Source of the DNA: Octopus bimaculoides
Taxonomy: Eukaryota
Length of the DNA stretch: 63,904 nucleotides
Direction: 5' to 3'
NCBI RefSeq assembly: GCF_001194135.2
Contig: NC_068994.1
Span: 44,599,933-44,663,836 of the forward strand
Shown here: positions 25,846-38,651 of the stretch, in pieces
Layout: every line of letters starts with the position of its first letter
How positions within the stretch are numbered: the stretch's first letter is position 1
Made by a program: the position numbers and the translations under genes
The notes under the pieces: model-generated
The model's input: only the letters and a program-made list of their open reading frames with translations
Database searches by the model: none
Told to the model about the DNA's origin: nothing

Positions 25846-26776
25846 TATATATATGGCTTCCGTGCCGGTGGCATGTAAAAAGCACCAACCAATCGTGACC
25901 GTTGCCAGCCTCCTCTGGCCCCTGTGCCGGTGGCACGTAAAAAGCACCCACTACACTCACAGAGTGGTTGGTGTTAGGAAGGGCATCCAGCTATAGAAAC
26001 ACTGCTAGATCAGACTGGAACCTGGTGCAGCCTCCTGGCACTTTTTTACACAGCTGTCCTCGTCCATATGCAAGCTGTCCTCATCAGGGGAATATTAACT
26101 TGCTTGGAAATGAGTGCAAGTTGAGGGCAGGAGAGGCATTTGGACAGAGAAAGATCTACCACAAATTCCATCAAAAGCATGGCAAAAATGCATATTAAAA
26201 GGATGATGATAGATATATAACTTCATCAAAAGTTTTAATTAAAACTTAATTGCAAGCTTCATTCACTTTTTACTTACTAACCCCTTATTCTGAAGTTCCA
26301 CACCTCCAGCAAAATATTGCCAACCCCACTTGGTGGGCATGCACTCCACCTCAAGAAATTCCTGGTCTAGTCTTTTAGATCATAAATTTATAAAAATCTA
26401 TTGCTGGACTTCAATTACAAATTTACAATCATTTTTGCAATATATGATACTTTGGATTCTTATATCATATTTAAAAATACAAAAGACAATGAAATGACTT
26501 CTGTCTTGAAACTTCTTTGATATTGTAGACAACCTGCCTGTATTTGCACAAGCCAACAAAGAAGTTTCTAAGTGGTTGCTCAGCCTGCTAGAAACAGCAG
26601 CCAAATTTCTCTGAACTCATACCCTACTATCTCTAAAAAGAGAGAGGGGTACACTGGATTATGTAGTCCTAGATACACTATGGTTAAAAAGAGATGAGAT
26701 GGTCATGACTGGAATGTCAATTGTCACAGATCAATTCAATCAAGATGACTTGAAGCTCAACAACAACCTGTGATTA

Positions 26777-27656
26777 TGAGTTGGTACCAAAAGGTTCCTG
26801 GACTAGTAATGCTTAATAAAAAGTAACTTATTTACCAAAGTTTTAACAACAGCTCCTTCGAAATAGTCACCTTACGCAGCAATACACTGGTCCCAGCATT
26901 CCTGCCACTTTTGGAATCCCACCTGGAAGTCATTTGCTGTAAGTGAGTCAAAGATCTTCTGTGATTCGTTCTGAATCTCAACAATGGTGTTACAACGGCA
27001 ACCTATGAGCTGCATGTTCAACTTGGGGAAGAGATGGAAGTCCACAGGGGCTAAATCTGGCGAATAGGGCAGAAGCGATACCATGTTGTTTTTGACAAGA
27101 AACTCACAAGTGAGGAGAGCCCGTTGAAGGATCCAGTGTCTTGCGCTCCACAGATCTGATCACTTTCACCAAATGTCCCCCCACCCTCAAATGCTTCGAA
27201 ACATTGCAGTAGAACTCTTGGTTGATGGTTTGGCCCTGGGGGATGAATTCTCAATGCACAATACATTTCCAGGAGTGATGCTTCCGGCAGGTCTTCCTGA
27301 TCACTCATCATCTTTCAGGGATGTTCTTCTACCTATGCCTCTCCAAACATTACATACGACCCAAAACCTCATTGCCATAAGTTTGCCAAAGCATACTCAG
27401 TGTCTTTGAAGTAGACTTCCCAAGTTTAACAAAACATTTTACATTGGCTCTTTGTTCCAGTCCATGACAAAATCTCAGACTACTACATATGATCACAAAA
27501 GCATAAATTTCACAACTTGCAAAATAAATTCAGCAATGTCACTTGACACACTGTCTCATGGAGGTCAGCGCTAGCTCTCACTGTGCACGCAAACCTGTGC
27601 TGCCATCTGTTGATGCTCTGCAGAACTAGTCCAGGAATTTTTTTGATACCACCTCA
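26777..27656 (-). mobile_element. Internally deleted mariner element (880 bp)
   Basis: TA at 26775-26776 and 27657-27658; imperfect TIRs of about 31 bp ending ggactagt; transposase pieces QRANVK..VKLGKS, SGRP, EFIPQGQTINQEFYC and PYSPDLAPVDFHLFPKL. Confidence 0.9.
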
Positions 27657-27730
27657 TATAGTCAACATTCACATATAATCTGAAATAAATAAAGATATTT
27701 TTTCATGAATAAAATATATGGCATTATTAC

Positions 27731-28750
27731 CAAGGCAGTGAGTCGGCAGAATTATTAGCATGCCAGACAAGATGCTGCTAAATAGTTTGTCCTGAGTTCA
27801 AATTCCACTAAGGTCAACTTTGCCTTTCATCCTTTCAGAGTCATTAAAATGCGATGGCGTTCTCAGAGAAACTCTAGGCATCGACGAGGATCAACTAACC
27901 GGTCTATTTCAGACCTGGGCTTCTGGATAACTTCCAGAAATCCCTTGCTTGGCAGTGCTACTGAGGGACACTGCCCTTTCAGGATAAACCTTACAGGCAC
28001 AGAAGTGCCATCACCCAGGCCTGCCCAAGGTGCACACAGAGCAACAACACCATTCTACACATCCTCATCCAGTGCCTGAGCATTGCTGACCTGTGGGTTT
28101 ATGTTGAACATCTGCTGTCGCATGTAGGGCAGATCCAGCAATCATCTGAATCTATTGTGAAGATTGCCCCACAGACCTCCATTGGCCAGGAGGGGCAAGC
28201 AGTTTTTATTTGTCTGGTGGCTGTAGCAAAAGAAGTAATATGGTGGACTCATCTGAAAGGACTAAAGTCAGACGCTTTCCTCTTTGGCCAAGCCCTCATC
28301 AACTTCTTCAAGTTTCACTTGAAGAAGAAAGTGAGTGGGGAGAGGGATGTGTTTCCTTCTAGCAAGTTTGTTGAAAGGGTGTATGTTAGAAGAATGGTCA
28401 GTGTGAAAGGACCAATTCTGAACATACATCTATGAAAAATTAAAGGAGAAGGGCTCTTGCCGTGTTGATCAGGCACCCGTGGCTTTTGTGGGGTTTTCCC
28501 CGGGGACCTTTAAAGTGCCTCTCCTATTGGGAGTTTTATGCTGTTTAATTTTTTATTGCTTACATGAGAAAAACCCTTTGTATCGTCTTGTATTGTCTTT
28601 TATGTTGTTACACGTCCTTTAATGTTGTTTTATGTAAGCCCTTGTGGCTAATAAAAGAATCAATTAGAAGTGTCAGTTGAGCATTGGAGTTGATGTAATC
28701 ACCTCACTTCCTCCCTCTGAAATTGCTGATCTTTTACCAAAACAAAAATG
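27731..28750 (+). mobile_element. SINE-A copy split by a LINE insertion
   Basis: 5' part 27731-27850 and 3' part about 28666-28750 rejoin to the SINE-A pattern (…ctttcagagtcattaaaat / agaagtgtcagttgagcattgg…). Confidence 0.75.
27851..28665 (+). mobile_element. 5'-truncated L1/Tx1-type LINE (ORF2 C-terminal zinc-knuckle region plus 3' UTR)
   Basis: One frame reads DNFQKSLAWQCY*GTLP...ACPRCTQSNNTILHILIQC...DLWVYVEHLL...VAKEVIWW (zf-RVT-like CxxC...H...C pattern); ends in aataaaagaat; second copy of the 3' end at 58040-58430. Confidence 0.8.
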
Positions 28751-29714
28751 GATTATTAACTCCTACTCGAGTCAACTTTACTTTTCATCCCTCTGAGATA
28801 AAACAAAGTACCAATCAAGTACAGAGGTCAATGGTACTGACTAAACTCCTCACCTCCTCAAAATCGTGGCTTTGTGCTTAGAGTACAAACTTTATGGGAC
28901 AGATATGATCAAGTATACTCGTTTTCTGAAATTTACCATAATTTCGTTGAAATGCACTACATTTGTTTCAATCAATTTTTAAAATAATGAAGAATTTAGT
29001 AAAATCATTTTGTCATTATAAAGTTGATGCTTTGGAACAAATTAACATAAAATTTTAATTTACATCACTTTAAAACAGGGAGTTTGTTTTAGAACCAGGA
29101 GCAGTCTCAGGCAGGTTGGATGGTATCAAAAGAGTTAAAGGATTTTAAAACTAAGTGTGTCATATAGTTTTGAAGAAAAGGTTAAGAGTATATGATGATT
29201 CTCCTCCTCCTCCTCCTCTTTTATTTCATATTCTTCCTCTTCTTTTTATGCTTATCTGTTTCTCCTTATTCATGCCTATGCATTGGTATGAAACTGTAAA
29301 GTTGTATCTTCATTTTGTTTTATATATATTCAGCCTATTCTTAAGGTTGAGTTGCTCCAGGTTATTATTATTGTTGATGTCGCTCTTGTATTTCTTTGAA
29401 TGTCCCCAGGGATAGTATGAGACTGAAGTAATTTAATTCTTTAACATTCTCAAACCAGGTTTCACTTACACAGAGTGCTGTGCACTACAAATATAGAATA
29501 GTATAAGCATAACATATAAGGCTATACTTCAAATAGTCAAGATAAGAAGTTTTTCTCAGAATTTCTTCCCAGCAGGCCAATCTTTCACTGTAATATATAT
29601 CATCAGAACCAACAAATAGTCTATGTAGTCTATACAAGCAAAAATTCAAAGTGTAGAACAGAAAAATTTCATATGGACCTTTATCACTCAAATATTTTAG
29701 TATGGTTACTCTTT

Positions 29715-29924
29715 TACTCTTTTACTTGTTTCAGTCATTTGACTGTGGCCATGGTGGAGCACCGCCTTTAGTCGAGCAAATCGACCCCAGGACTTATACT
29801 TTGTAAGCCTAGTACTTATTCTATCGGTCTCTTTTTGCCGAACCGCTAAGTTACGGGGACATAAACACACCAGCATCGGTTGTCAAGCGATGGTGGGGGG
29901 ACAAACACAGACACACACATACAC

Positions 29925-29989
<65 letters not shown>

Positions 29990-30153
29990 TACGACGGGCT
30001 TCTTTCAGTTTCCGTCTACCAAATCCACTCACAAGGCTTTGGTCGGTCCGAGGCTATAGTAGAAGACACTTGCCCAAGGTGCCACGCAGTGGAACTGAAC
30101 TCAGAACCATGTGGTTGGTAAGCAAGCTACTTACTACACAGCCACTCCTACGC
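29715..30153 (-). mobile_element. tRNA-derived SINE family B, young full-length copy with internal (TA)n
   Basis: Head gcgtaggagtggctgtgtagtaagtagcttgc, B-box-like gagttcagttcc, CpGs retained. Older copies at about 12893-13058(-), 14280-14675(-), 16905-17070(+), 17858-17975(-), 45590-46105(-); tail-only pieces at about 11745-11830 and 55010-55200. Confidence 0.85.
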
Positions 30154-30477
30154 ATGTTAATTTTTATTCCAAAACACCAGCTAAATTATGATGAAAGTTA
30201 TTCTTTTTTGATTTCATGATTAATTGAAACAAAGACTGTGTATTTCAACAGAAATATGGTAACAAAATGGTTACATTGGGACTCCTTTCAATATGTTTAT
30301 CAATTGGTGTTCTTAAAATTATTTGCTTCTTTGCAACAAAATTCTTTCTTCGTATCTCTCCCTCACAGATTAACCCATTCATGATTTCAAGCCCCAAAAA
30401 TTATTTTGATACTGAATACTAACACATATTCTTTTTCTTATCCAGATTAAACTGATAATTTACCTCCAGTATTAAAC

Positions 30478-30993
30478 ATGTTAACAATCGAGAAGCGATT
30501 CTCCTGTGAAACCTGCGGCAAAATGTTCTTGCTGAGTAAAACTTTGCAGAAACACAAGAAGATACATGTTCTGGATACAAAGTCAAAAGTCCCACCAACA
30601 AACCATGAATATCACCCATGTCACAGATGTGATTTATGTGGGAAGGAACTAGCTCAGAAGAATTATCTCAAAATCCATCGAAGAACACACACGGGAGAAA
30701 AACCATACAATTGTGAGATATGTGCAAAGAAGTTTGCTCGTCGAGACGCCCTCCGCATTCATGAGAGAACGCACAAAAGAGAAAAGCCTTTCTATTGTGA
30801 CATCTGTTCAAAGCATTTCGCACAAAAAAACTATTTAAAAATTCATAAACGTATACACACTGGTGAGAAACCCTTTCACTGTGATGTATGTATACAACAG
30901 TTTGCTCGTAGTGACACCCTCCTGAGACACAAAAGGACTCATAAAACAAATGAAAAACAAGAGCCAAAAGAGAAAGAAAAGCATAATGATTGA
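30478..30993 (+). CDS. C2H2 zinc-finger protein ZNF-B (171 aa, 5 fingers)
   Basis: One isolated finger then four tandem fingers with TGEKP/KREKP linkers; acceptor-like ttctttttcttatccag ends at 30445 and a second cag ends at 30469, so an upstream exon is likely and the true N-terminus is uncertain. Confidence 0.9.
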   Translation: MLTIEKRFSCETCGKMFLLSKTLQKHKKIHVLDTKSKVPPTNHEYHPCHRCDLCGKELAQKNYLKIHRRTHTGEKPYNCEICAKKFARRDALRIHERTHKREKPFYCDICSKHFAQKNYLKIHKRIHTGEKPFHCDVCIQQFARSDTLLRHKRTHKTNEKQEPKEKEKHND

Positions 30994-31303
30994 CAATGTC
31001 TGTGATGTTACATGTATTAAACTTCACACATCTACACACACACACATACCTATCTTATTTGGTCGACTGATACCAGTGGTGTCAACCACTTACAGTTTCC
31101 TTATGTGATTAATTCAAGTCATTTGTCAGGATATTATGCTGGAAGAAAAATTTATTCCAGCATGACAGCCTGATAAAGTACATCAATTTTTTGCATAAGA
31201 AAACTGCAAATAACTGACAATACTGATTTTAGTTAATCATATAAAATAAATATTCTACTATAGGGCATTGAATATTGTTTCTTTAATTTCTTATTACTAT
31301 TAT

Positions 31304-31345
<42 letters not shown>

Positions 31346-32392
31346 CACATACACACATACACACACACATATATAAAACTGTTGCCACAATTCTGGACAC
31401 TTTTTTACAGTTATTGTTAGATGGCTTTTATGTCTCTTTTCTGCTCATAATTATTTTTGTTGTCATCTTCAAAGTATATTTTGCCGTTCCTTAAAGTCAT
31501 GTTGCTATGAAATTTATATTAATCTATAATTAGCTTATGCTAAAACAGATAAATATAAAACTAAGATTACAGGAAACTGAAGAATGTGGGCGTAAATGCG
31601 TATCATGTTACTTCATAGTCAGTAGCCAATCAGAACTGAAATAGAACTGGTAGCCAATGGGCAGTGAGGTACAACTGTCATGAGCCAGTCAGCTTTGAAA
31701 CACAATCAAACTATTTCCATTAAATTATCAAATATCGAAGGGGGGAGGTCTAGTATTGGAATTTGTTTTTATTCTTTATCATGGCCCCTTCTGTTAGGGA
31801 AGATTGGACATGCCTAAGCTAAAACAGTTGTAATTCCTTGGGAACTATACACCTTTCAACAAGAAGACTGGGATAAGATGCAACAAAATCTGATGTAAAG
31901 AAGATTTGCCAACACTTTGGAGAATATGGTAGCATGAAAACTACTAAAAGAACAGGAAGAAAATGCAAAACAAGGGAACAGGATAACTAACCTTTTTTAC
32001 CTAATTATCAAAAAACACCAGAAGAAATACAGTCAACTTTAACAACTTGTAGGAGTCTGAATCCATTCCTTATAGGCATGGACTCAGACTCTTCAATGAA
32101 AAGCATTGAGCAAGATTACCAGGGTAAAAATGCCTATCTGAATGTTTTTTCCGAGAAGAAAACATCTTTTACAGGCAACACAAATGCTGGCTTGCAGAGG
32201 ACTGTTACAAATTCTTATGTCCATATGGTGAGATGAGACAAAGATTTCAATTTTCAGAAGCAATGGATTAAAATATGTGAAACACAGGATTAATGAAAAT
32301 ATATTTCTTCATTGTATTACAGTAGCTATGAAGCATTCTGTCAGTAGTATGTTGAGGTGTTGGTCATACTGGAATTATAAATGAATCTTTAA

Positions 32393-32612
32393 CCCTTTAG
32401 CATTCAAACTAGCCATATCAGGCCCAAATATTCTATTTGTTTTGTATTGAAACTGACCAGATCAAGCATCTCACAACTACACTATAAAGTCATTCTAAAA
32501 GCAAACAAACACATCGTCAAAATCTTAAAGCTACAAGAAAGTGTATAACTAATTTCAAAACAATGTGAATAAATTTGTATTATATTTGACAGACAAATTG
32601 AATGCTAAAAGG
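32393..32612. mobile_element. piggyBac-like MITE
   Basis: TTAA at 32389-32392 and 32613-32616; TIR ccctttagcattcaa / ttgaatgctaaaagg (1 mismatch). Confidence 0.8.
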
Positions 32613-33321
32613 TTAAATGCTTAAAAATACCAAACTATTTTGGAAATGTAATAATTTTACTTGATCAGTGACATGTTTCCACATTATTCAACTGAAGTAA
32701 TTTTTCAGCAAGGCAGTACCCAATATCATATAGCATAATCTAGAATGGAATGGTTGGAAGACTACAGAATATATATTCTAAAAGAGCCTAGAAACAGCTG
32801 CATTCTTAACCAGATTGAAAATTTATAGTCAAACACATGAGACAGGCATCAGTTCCCAAACTGGTCAACATTCAGTCAAAGCAATCATCAATGCCTAGTT
32901 CAGAATCATATATAATAAGGATTTGAAGAATATTATTGCTTCCATCCAAGAAGAATTGATGTGGTAATCAAAAATAAAATGATGTCCTTCTGGGACAATA
33001 TAATATAAACCATCATACTGTAAACTAAATTAAGTGATTGTCCTTTATTTGATATTTTATATATCTCTGGTTTTGGCTGATATGATATGCATATGTTTTA
33101 GTGTATTTAAGTCTCAAAGCTGTCCTACTCAGTCGAAGAACGATATCAATTTTAAAGCAATATGGCTTAGAGGAAAATAAAGGTTCTTTGAAGTTGACTT
33201 CAAATAAAAAAATTATTAGCAGAAAAGATGCATAAAAAATGCAACAAGCAATAACTATGAAGAAAGAATCTACAATCTTGGCCGCAAGCATGTGCACATA
33301 TACATGCATATATATATATAT

Positions 33322-33543
33322 ACATACAATGGGGTGCTGATAAGTTCCTGGCTTTGGGTAAAAGAAAATATGAGAGAATTTGTTAATTATGATTTTATTC
33401 AACATATTCCCCTCTCAGATTCACATATTTATTGCAGTGATCCTTCTGTTTTTCTAAGCTCTGTAAAAGAACTCAGAAGGTTGGGCCTCCAACCAGGCTT
33501 CTCGCAATATCCTTAAAGTCAGAATCTTTTCAGTACCTCCTTA
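33322..33543 (-). mobile_element. Mariner-derived MITE (about 220 bp)
   Basis: TIR-like ggggtgctgataagttcctggcttt ... aaagtcagaatctttcagtacctcc; same family in opposite orientation at about 38429-38651. Confidence 0.75.
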
Positions 33544-33893
33544 TGTGTATGTGTGTGTGTATATATATATATATATGTATGTATGTATGTATATGTATAT
33601 TGAAGTTCATGAATTTGGATAATTTTGTATGCTGAGAAAGAAGTTGATGTTTTATGACCAATCCTTTGTTCAAGGGACAGAAAAAATGCTCTCTCTCTGT
33701 CTCAGATGAAGGAACAGCCTTGGAACATCTGGTTCCTCCTTTCTCTCTATCATATACAGATTTATCCAACCTCATGAAGTTTACTGCATAATTTTTGCTG
33801 AGACAAACCGCCCTAGTTTCTTCAGTCTATGATTTTTACCAATACATATCTATATATATATATATATATATGTATGTATATACATTTGTGTGT

Positions 33894-34493
33894 ACGGATC
33901 TTTTTTAAAACGGGGGCCACATTTTTCATTAATGTTTTACGTAGTGTTTTTGGTACCGAAAGACTTTCAAACTTCGTATACTTATCTATTTTGTGTTATA
34001 GAACAGAAAAATATTTTTGTATTCGAATTTATTTCATGTAAAAAATTGTCTTATTTCGATAATTTCAACCAATCACTGACGTCCACTCAGCCGATATACA
34101 TTAAGTGCCGACTACATAAACAAACGATTCTTCGTTTTATTTGCTTTTTTCATTTTAAATTTGCTTTAACCCTAACCCTAAGCCTAAGCCTAACCCTAAC
34201 TCTAACCCTAGGGTTAGGGTTAGGGTTAGAGTTAGAGTTAGGGTTAGGGTTAATTGTTTCAGAATCGTTTGTTTATGTAGTCGGCACTTAATGTATATCG
34301 GCTGAATGGACGTCAGTGATTGGTTGAAATTACAGAAATACGACAACTTTAACATGGAATAATTTATGGATTTCTTTTTTTTTTAAGAAGACTAAGAGAA
34401 AAAGATGTTTTATATGACACATTCTACCAGTGTTCCAAGTTTCAAAGTGTTTCGTTAATGAAAAATGTGGCCCCCGTTTTAAAAAAGATCCGT
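33894..34493. mobile_element. 600-bp foldback element with a central telomere-like palindrome
   Basis: Perfect 39-bp TIRs (acggatcttttttaaaacgggggccacatttttcattaa); inner 71-bp inverted repeat 34061-34131 / 34261-34331; central (CCCTAA)n(TTAGGG)n-like tract. Confidence 0.85.
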
Positions 34494-35385
34494 GTGTACA
34501 TAAGTATGTGCATGCATGTATATATAACCAAATAGTATTTTAAATATTTCTCATACTTATGAGGACATTCATCTTTGCAACAATCCAGTGTGATAATGTG
34601 ATATTGTGATATGAAGATATAGACAATCTTTGAATACAACTAACATTGAATACAAATAACCATGCTTGTGGTGACTTCCTATAAAGAAGGAAAAATTAAA
34701 TTTTCTCATTTTATCTTTTCATTAACTCCTCACCATCCGAATATGATGAACTAGAGACACAACTAATTTTTCTTCTTTTCTTTTATATTACATTCTGTTT
34801 GCACCAATTATGAAATTATGAAATATTTGATATATAATGCACAATAGAGACCAGTAAAAGTTATTCTGGATTGATTTCTTTATGTGTGCATGAGAGTGTG
34901 TATGTGTGCATATCTATATCTATTTATCTATCCACACACACACACACACAGATATATATACACACACATACACATACATACTATTATAAATCTATTTCAG
35001 CCAATTTTACCAATTGGTTTCATACACGAATTAGGAGAGATAGAGTTTTCTCTTAACTCTCACATGTGAAAGTGCTATGTAAAATCAGCTGAAACCGATC
35101 TATAATCCCGAACTGTATAAACATTAATATACTCACTCAATTGACAAATATATGAGTGCCTGTTTTGTTTCGTTTTTTTAACTAATGGATTCTTAGACAA
35201 CTATATGAATAAATATATATATATATATATATATATAACTTTGGCATTAGCTGTAGTAGCTGAGAGAGTATCTTCTCTATATTTTCAATTTTATTCTTCA
35301 GCTTAAATGCTTGTCCCATTTTTCTTCATCTTCCATGATTCTGAATTTGCTTAGTTAATGATCTCTCTCTCTCACTCTCTCTCTC

Positions 35386-35421
<36 letters not shown>

Positions 35422-37273
35422 TCTCTCTCTTTCTTTCTTTCTTTCCTTTTTTTTTTTAACTTTTGCTTATCGCCATTGTAATATTTTGCATTTCCGTACA
35501 ACTGTGATCTATCGCCAGTGACTCTATATACATACAAACGATTGTATATTGATTTTCCCCAGACAAAATTAGTTTTTAATCTATATTTATTGAACTGCTG
35601 GCTGACAAAATCCTGTGTTGTTAAAGTCAAAATCATTTTTGTGACAACTAATATTTAGAAACACATGAATTTACTCACTTCTTAAATATAAATAAATCTT
35701 ACATATAACGATGAAATAGTCAAGTTGGTGGATAAATACATATTGGAGTATTAGTTCATGAGTTGTGAATTCAAATTTGCTGCAGGTATTGCAGTTCAAG
35801 TTCTATCATGTTTGACTTTCCCTTTCATTCTTCCAGGGTCAATAAAAATGGTTATATACTGTTTCATGGTTTTTGAATTAATATTTATTGCAAGTATTAT
35901 TGTATTTCTGTACAAAAACTTGACTGTAAAGGCATGTTTATAAGATGAAAATGTTTGTTTCATTTGTTTCACAACCAGATAGGTGAGAGTTTTCTATCCT
36001 AGCCTTACATTGACCAATTCTTTGTGGGTGGAATTTGGCTCCCTGGAAACTGTGTGGATATACATTGGTGGAGGGTGTAAATAGCAGCAAGAAAATGCCA
36101 AAAGCAGTGATCTTTGAAACCTCTAACGATACTTGTTCTACACTGAGTTACAGACACTGCCTTGTGATTCTCAAAGTCAGTAGTACAGTGAACTAGTGAC
36201 TGGTCCATTGGAAACCTGTAATTTATGATGCTGTTGTGACATCAGAATATAAAACAGAAATAAATACATAAATATTTACGTGCTAGTACTACATGAAAAA
36301 CATCTGTGCCAGCACCACATAAAAAGTACACTTTGTAAAGTGGTTGGTATTAGGAAAGGCATCCAACCATAGAAACAATGCCAAAACAGACAACTAGGGC
36401 CTGTTGCAGCTAGCCAGCTTCTCTCAAACCATCCAACTCAAGCCAGCATGGAATATGGACATTAAATGATGATGATTTAGCTTTGTTGTGAAATAGGAAC
36501 CGCTGGGGCATTTTTGGCAGCTTAAGATGAAGATCAAATCAACTGGCACTGACTTATTGTTATTTAACAACTCATTGAGATTCACTGATTTCTCCCTCCC
36601 AAGAAGCCAATGGTAGTTGCTGAAGACTACTTATTAAAAGTGAACATAGCTTATGAGTAACACAGCTCATTTACAACAAGATACAAGGTTGATGACCTGT
36701 CAATAAGAGGGTCTTGAATCTCTCAAGTTTCTGATTGTATCAAGCTACTGGCAGCTTGGCAGAAAATAAGGTAATATATGTCAGAATCATCAAAGACAGT
36801 AGACCATTTCCGGAACTGACAATATCTAGATTGTAAGACAAGTGGTGGTGGTGGTGGTGTTGATGATGATGATGATATATCCAGTCTAATAAATTTCAAG
36901 TAAATAACAAAGAAATGTGCCAAACATTGTTTATAGAACTCAAACATTGAGGGGTCTCTTTCTCATCTTAACAATTATATGTCAATCCAACACTATTAAT
37001 ATGAATGTGTTTAAGTTTCATTTCCAGGTTTGCAACACAAACTTGACATGCAATTTGACTTTGTATCAACAAAATGCAAATTAAATAAAGACAACAATTC
37101 AATCAGTTCTGACTATTAAAATGTTTTATTTGGGCATACAGGAAATAATATATTGCCATAACCAAGATGCTAAAAATCATTACCAGGATTATATATATAT
37201 AATTTTCAAATAGGATAAAATCTACATAAGAATTTATCAAGTAGTCAGCGTGAAAAACTTCATAAGGGAAAAA

Positions 37274-37480
37274 TTATTAAATATTCCCATTAAATATATT
37301 TATTTATATTAAGGGCATTACTATACATAAATACCTCATGCTACGAGGGACTCTTAAAGTCAAAACTACCAAAATAAACACATTATAGTTTTGACTTTAA
37401 GAGTCCTTCGTAGCATGAGGCAATTATGTATAGTAATGCCCTTAATATAAATAAATATATTTAAAGGGAATAATTAATAA
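37274..37480. repeat. AT-rich hairpin / foldback MITE
   Basis: 95-bp arms 37274-37368 and 37386-37480 with about 5 mismatches, 17-nt loop. Confidence 0.85.
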
Positions 37481-37533
37481 TCGTACTGCATTAACTTTGG
37501 TAGACCCTTGTTGCTTATTTTGACTTTAATCAC

Positions 37534-37607
<74 letters not shown>

Positions 37608-38428
37608 CAAATATAAATACAGAGTTCGACAAAAAAAACGTATGCACACTTCAGGAACGGAAAAGCCTGCATAAATATTTAAATCAGTATTACTGCAATT
37701 TATTCAGTGTTTTGGCAATTTGATAAAACATCGAAAGAGGTATTCATATTTATAGAGGTATTTATACAAGTTAAACATTTATACAGATTTTTCCTTTCCT
37801 GAAGTGTGTATACATTTTTTGGTGGACTCTGTGTGTGTGTGTGTGTAAATATATATGCTATCATATATATATATCATATATACAGTGTAAATAAAAGTTG
37901 TCAAGGTAAACACCTTTATTCAAGCTTCAGGTGTATAGTCTTATACACATTCACCACTACCTGGCCCTTGCTCACCTTCAGCAGAATCCACTCTGCTTCA
38001 ATTATTCAATTATTCCTTTCTTCCTCTTATCAGGCTTGGAATCCCTGAAAAGGGCCACAGGTACTGTTTTTCCTCCTCTGACTAAGGTAGTAAAATGAAG
38101 TTTTGATTTATATATGAGATAAATGTAGACTATTTATCCAAAATTACAGTTTTGTTCAAACAGCCAAGAGCCAAACAGAATGAAACCAGCAACCAGAACA
38201 TGTATTCCTAGTTCATCTCATATAAATGAACATGTGTGTGTGTGTGTGTGTGTGTACAGATATATATGTATGTGTATATATATATATATACATATATATA
38301 TGTGTGTGTAATGTTTGTGGTGTGAATGTATGTGTATATCTGTGAACATATATATATATATATATACACATACATATGCATGTGAGTATTTGTATGCATG
38401 TATGTATATATGTGTGTGTGTATGTATG

Positions 38429-38651
38429 TACAAGGGGCATGCTGAAAAGTTCCAAGCTTTAAAGGTATCGCAAAAGGCCTGATTGAAGGCACAACTTTCC
38501 AAGTTCTTTTACAGGACATAGAAAAACTGAAGGACTGCTGCAATAAGTGTATGAATCTGAGAGGGGAATATGTTGAATAAAATCATAATTAACTGATCCT
38601 CCTGTATTTTTTCTTTACCAAAAGCCAAGAACTTTTGAGCACCCTCTTGTA
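38429..38651 (+). mobile_element. Mariner-derived MITE, second copy
   Basis: caaggggcatgctgaaaagttcc ... aagaactttgagcaccctcttg flanked by TA; carries a transposase C-terminal remnant (…LRGEYVE*). Confidence 0.75.

Noticed and set aside
34167-34251. Telomere-telomere fusion scar
   Set aside because: The order is (CCCTAA)n then (TTAGGG)n, opposite to an end-to-end fusion, and it is the centre of a TIR-bounded element.
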